DNA of 37,451 bases from positions 1 to 37,451 of the forward strand of contig JAVCCP010000022.1 in assembly GCA_030765405.1 (NCBI GenBank), written 5' to 3'. The position numbers were made by a program, and so were the translations under genes. Source of the DNA: Candidatus Ancaeobacter aquaticus (GTDB lineage: Bacteria > Auribacterota > Ancaeobacteria > Ancaeobacterales > Ancaeobacteraceae). The stretch's first letter is position 1. Every line of letters begins with the position of its first letter. The notes below the pieces were generated by a model. That model worked only from the letters and a program-made list of their open reading frames with translations. It was not told where the DNA came from and ran no database searches. Shown one piece after another: positions 36,163 to 37,451 of this stretch.

Positions 36163-37314
36163 ATGAATATATCTGATAAAGCACACAATTTAAAACCGTC
36201 TGGCATACGGGCATTTTTTGATCTTGTTATGGGATCAAAAGATATTCTTTCTCTTGGTGTCGGCGAACCAGATTTTGTCACCCCATGGAATATTAGAGAA
36301 AGCGCCATATACTCTATTGAAAAAGGATACACGTCTTACACATCAAATAAAGGTCACGAAGAGCTCAGAAAAGAACTATCCCATTTTCTAAAGAAAAAAT
36401 ATAATGCGGCCTACCATTATGATAACGAAATACTTATCACCGTCGGTGTCAGTGAGGGCCTTGACCTCTCCCTAAGAGCTATTATTAACCCGGGCGATAA
36501 AGTCCTCATACCGGAACCATGCTACGTATCATATGAGCCACTGGTAACTCTTGCGGGCGGCATCCCTGTTTTAGTGAGCACAAAAGAAAAAGATGGATTC
36601 AAAATACCACCTGAAACACTCAAAAAAGAGATAGAAAAAGGTATTAAAGCGGTTCTTTTCAACTATCCTTCTAATCCTACAGGAATGTCATATAGTGAGA
36701 AGGAAATACAAGAGATCGCTCGTATCATAGATAAGCACGATGCATACATCATTAGCGACGAAACATATGATGAACTAACATACGATTTTACTCACACATC
36801 ATTATGCTCATTTCCACGAATTAAAGAGAAACTTATTTATTTAAACGGGTTTTCAAAAACGTATGCTATGACCGGATGGCGTGTAGGATATGTTTGCGGC
36901 AGCGAAGATATAGTAAATGCTATGACAAAGATTCATCAATATACTATCATGTGTGTAAACACACCAAGTCAGTTAGCAGCCATAACAGCGTTAAAACATT
37001 CTCAGAACGATGTCAGCTATATGAAAAAAGAATATGATATGCGAAGGCATTATGTGGTAAAACGTTTGAACGAAATCGGCTTAAAATGTCATATGCCGGA
37101 CGGCGCTTTCTACGCGTTTCCCTCTATTAAGAAAACAGGCATGAGTTCTATGGAATTCTGCAAAAAACTCCTTAAAAAAGAGAAAGTTGCGGTAGTCCCG
37201 GGAAATGCTTTTGGTGATTCGGGAGAAGGCAATATTCGTATCAGCTACGCTTCAAGTATCGAGCGCCTCAAAGAAGCATTAAATAGAATCGAACAATTCT
37301 TAATGAGACTGTAA
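36163..37314 (+). CDS. PLP-dependent aminotransferase class I/II
   Basis: LGVGEPDF, NYPSNPTG, SDETY, GFSKTYAMTGWRVG (PLP Lys), VPGNAFG..IRISYA. Confidence 0.95.
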   Translation: MNISDKAHNLKPSGIRAFFDLVMGSKDILSLGVGEPDFVTPWNIRESAIYSIEKGYTSYTSNKGHEELRKELSHFLKKKYNAAYHYDNEILITVGVSEGLDLSLRAIINPGDKVLIPEPCYVSYEPLVTLAGGIPVLVSTKEKDGFKIPPETLKKEIEKGIKAVLFNYPSNPTGMSYSEKEIQEIARIIDKHDAYIISDETYDELTYDFTHTSLCSFPRIKEKLIYLNGFSKTYAMTGWRVGYVCGSEDIVNAMTKIHQYTIMCVNTPSQLAAITALKHSQNDVSYMKKEYDMRRHYVVKRLNEIGLKCHMPDGAFYAFPSIKKTGMSSMEFCKKLLKKEKVAVVPGNAFGDSGEGNIRISYASSIERLKEALNRIEQFLMRL

Positions 37315-37439
37315 AAGTCACAGGCAAAGCACTGTGAATTTTGCTTAGTCGCCCTTAGGAAACGAGAAACGTTTCCAAGGATTGAGTCCCCGTAGGGGAA
37401 ATTATCCCCCCTTCTTTACGATTTTGAAGGATTTATCCG
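37313..37439 (+). repeat. Family B structured repeat, copy B2 (may continue past the window)
   Basis: Ungapped 110/127 identity to 31423..31549. It begins at the aminotransferase stop codon. Confidence 0.85.
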
Positions 37440-37451
37440 CGAAAATCTAGG

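Overview
Low-GC bacterial chromosomal window (about one third GC by eye, not computed), almost all coded on the minus strand. The gene content suggests a PVC-type anaerobe such as Omnitrophota or a relative (inference). Housekeeping blocks: GH57-galT-like-glgA alpha-glucan cluster, dnaE, xerD, several hydrolases, an ABC export module, acyP, a pcm/GT2/acyltransferase/MGDG-synthase operon and an Lrp + aminotransferase pair. The accessory content is more interesting. (i) A solo GIY-YIG nuclease gene is bracketed by two tRNA-Pro-derived direct repeats with a rewired anticodon arm, next to an intact tRNA-Pro(CGG). (ii) Two tandem giant proteins (1726 and 1399 aa) share a signal-peptide-like N-terminus, a 5' UTR and an -AA C-terminus, yet carry cytoplasmic signalling cargo: HD-GYP-like and RelA/SpoT HD-SYN-TGS modules in one, an HExxH motif and a kinase-like domain in the other. 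(iii) Two copies of a ~270-bp structured palindromic element sit inside genes with no target-site duplication, one in frame (VanZ-like) and one disrupting a PLD-family gene. (iv) A second 127-nt structured repeat family shows compensatory base changes. (v) A small cluster at the left holds a catalytically altered Fic protein and a RelE-type toxin-antitoxin pair. All product calls come from motif recognition by eye; no database search was run.
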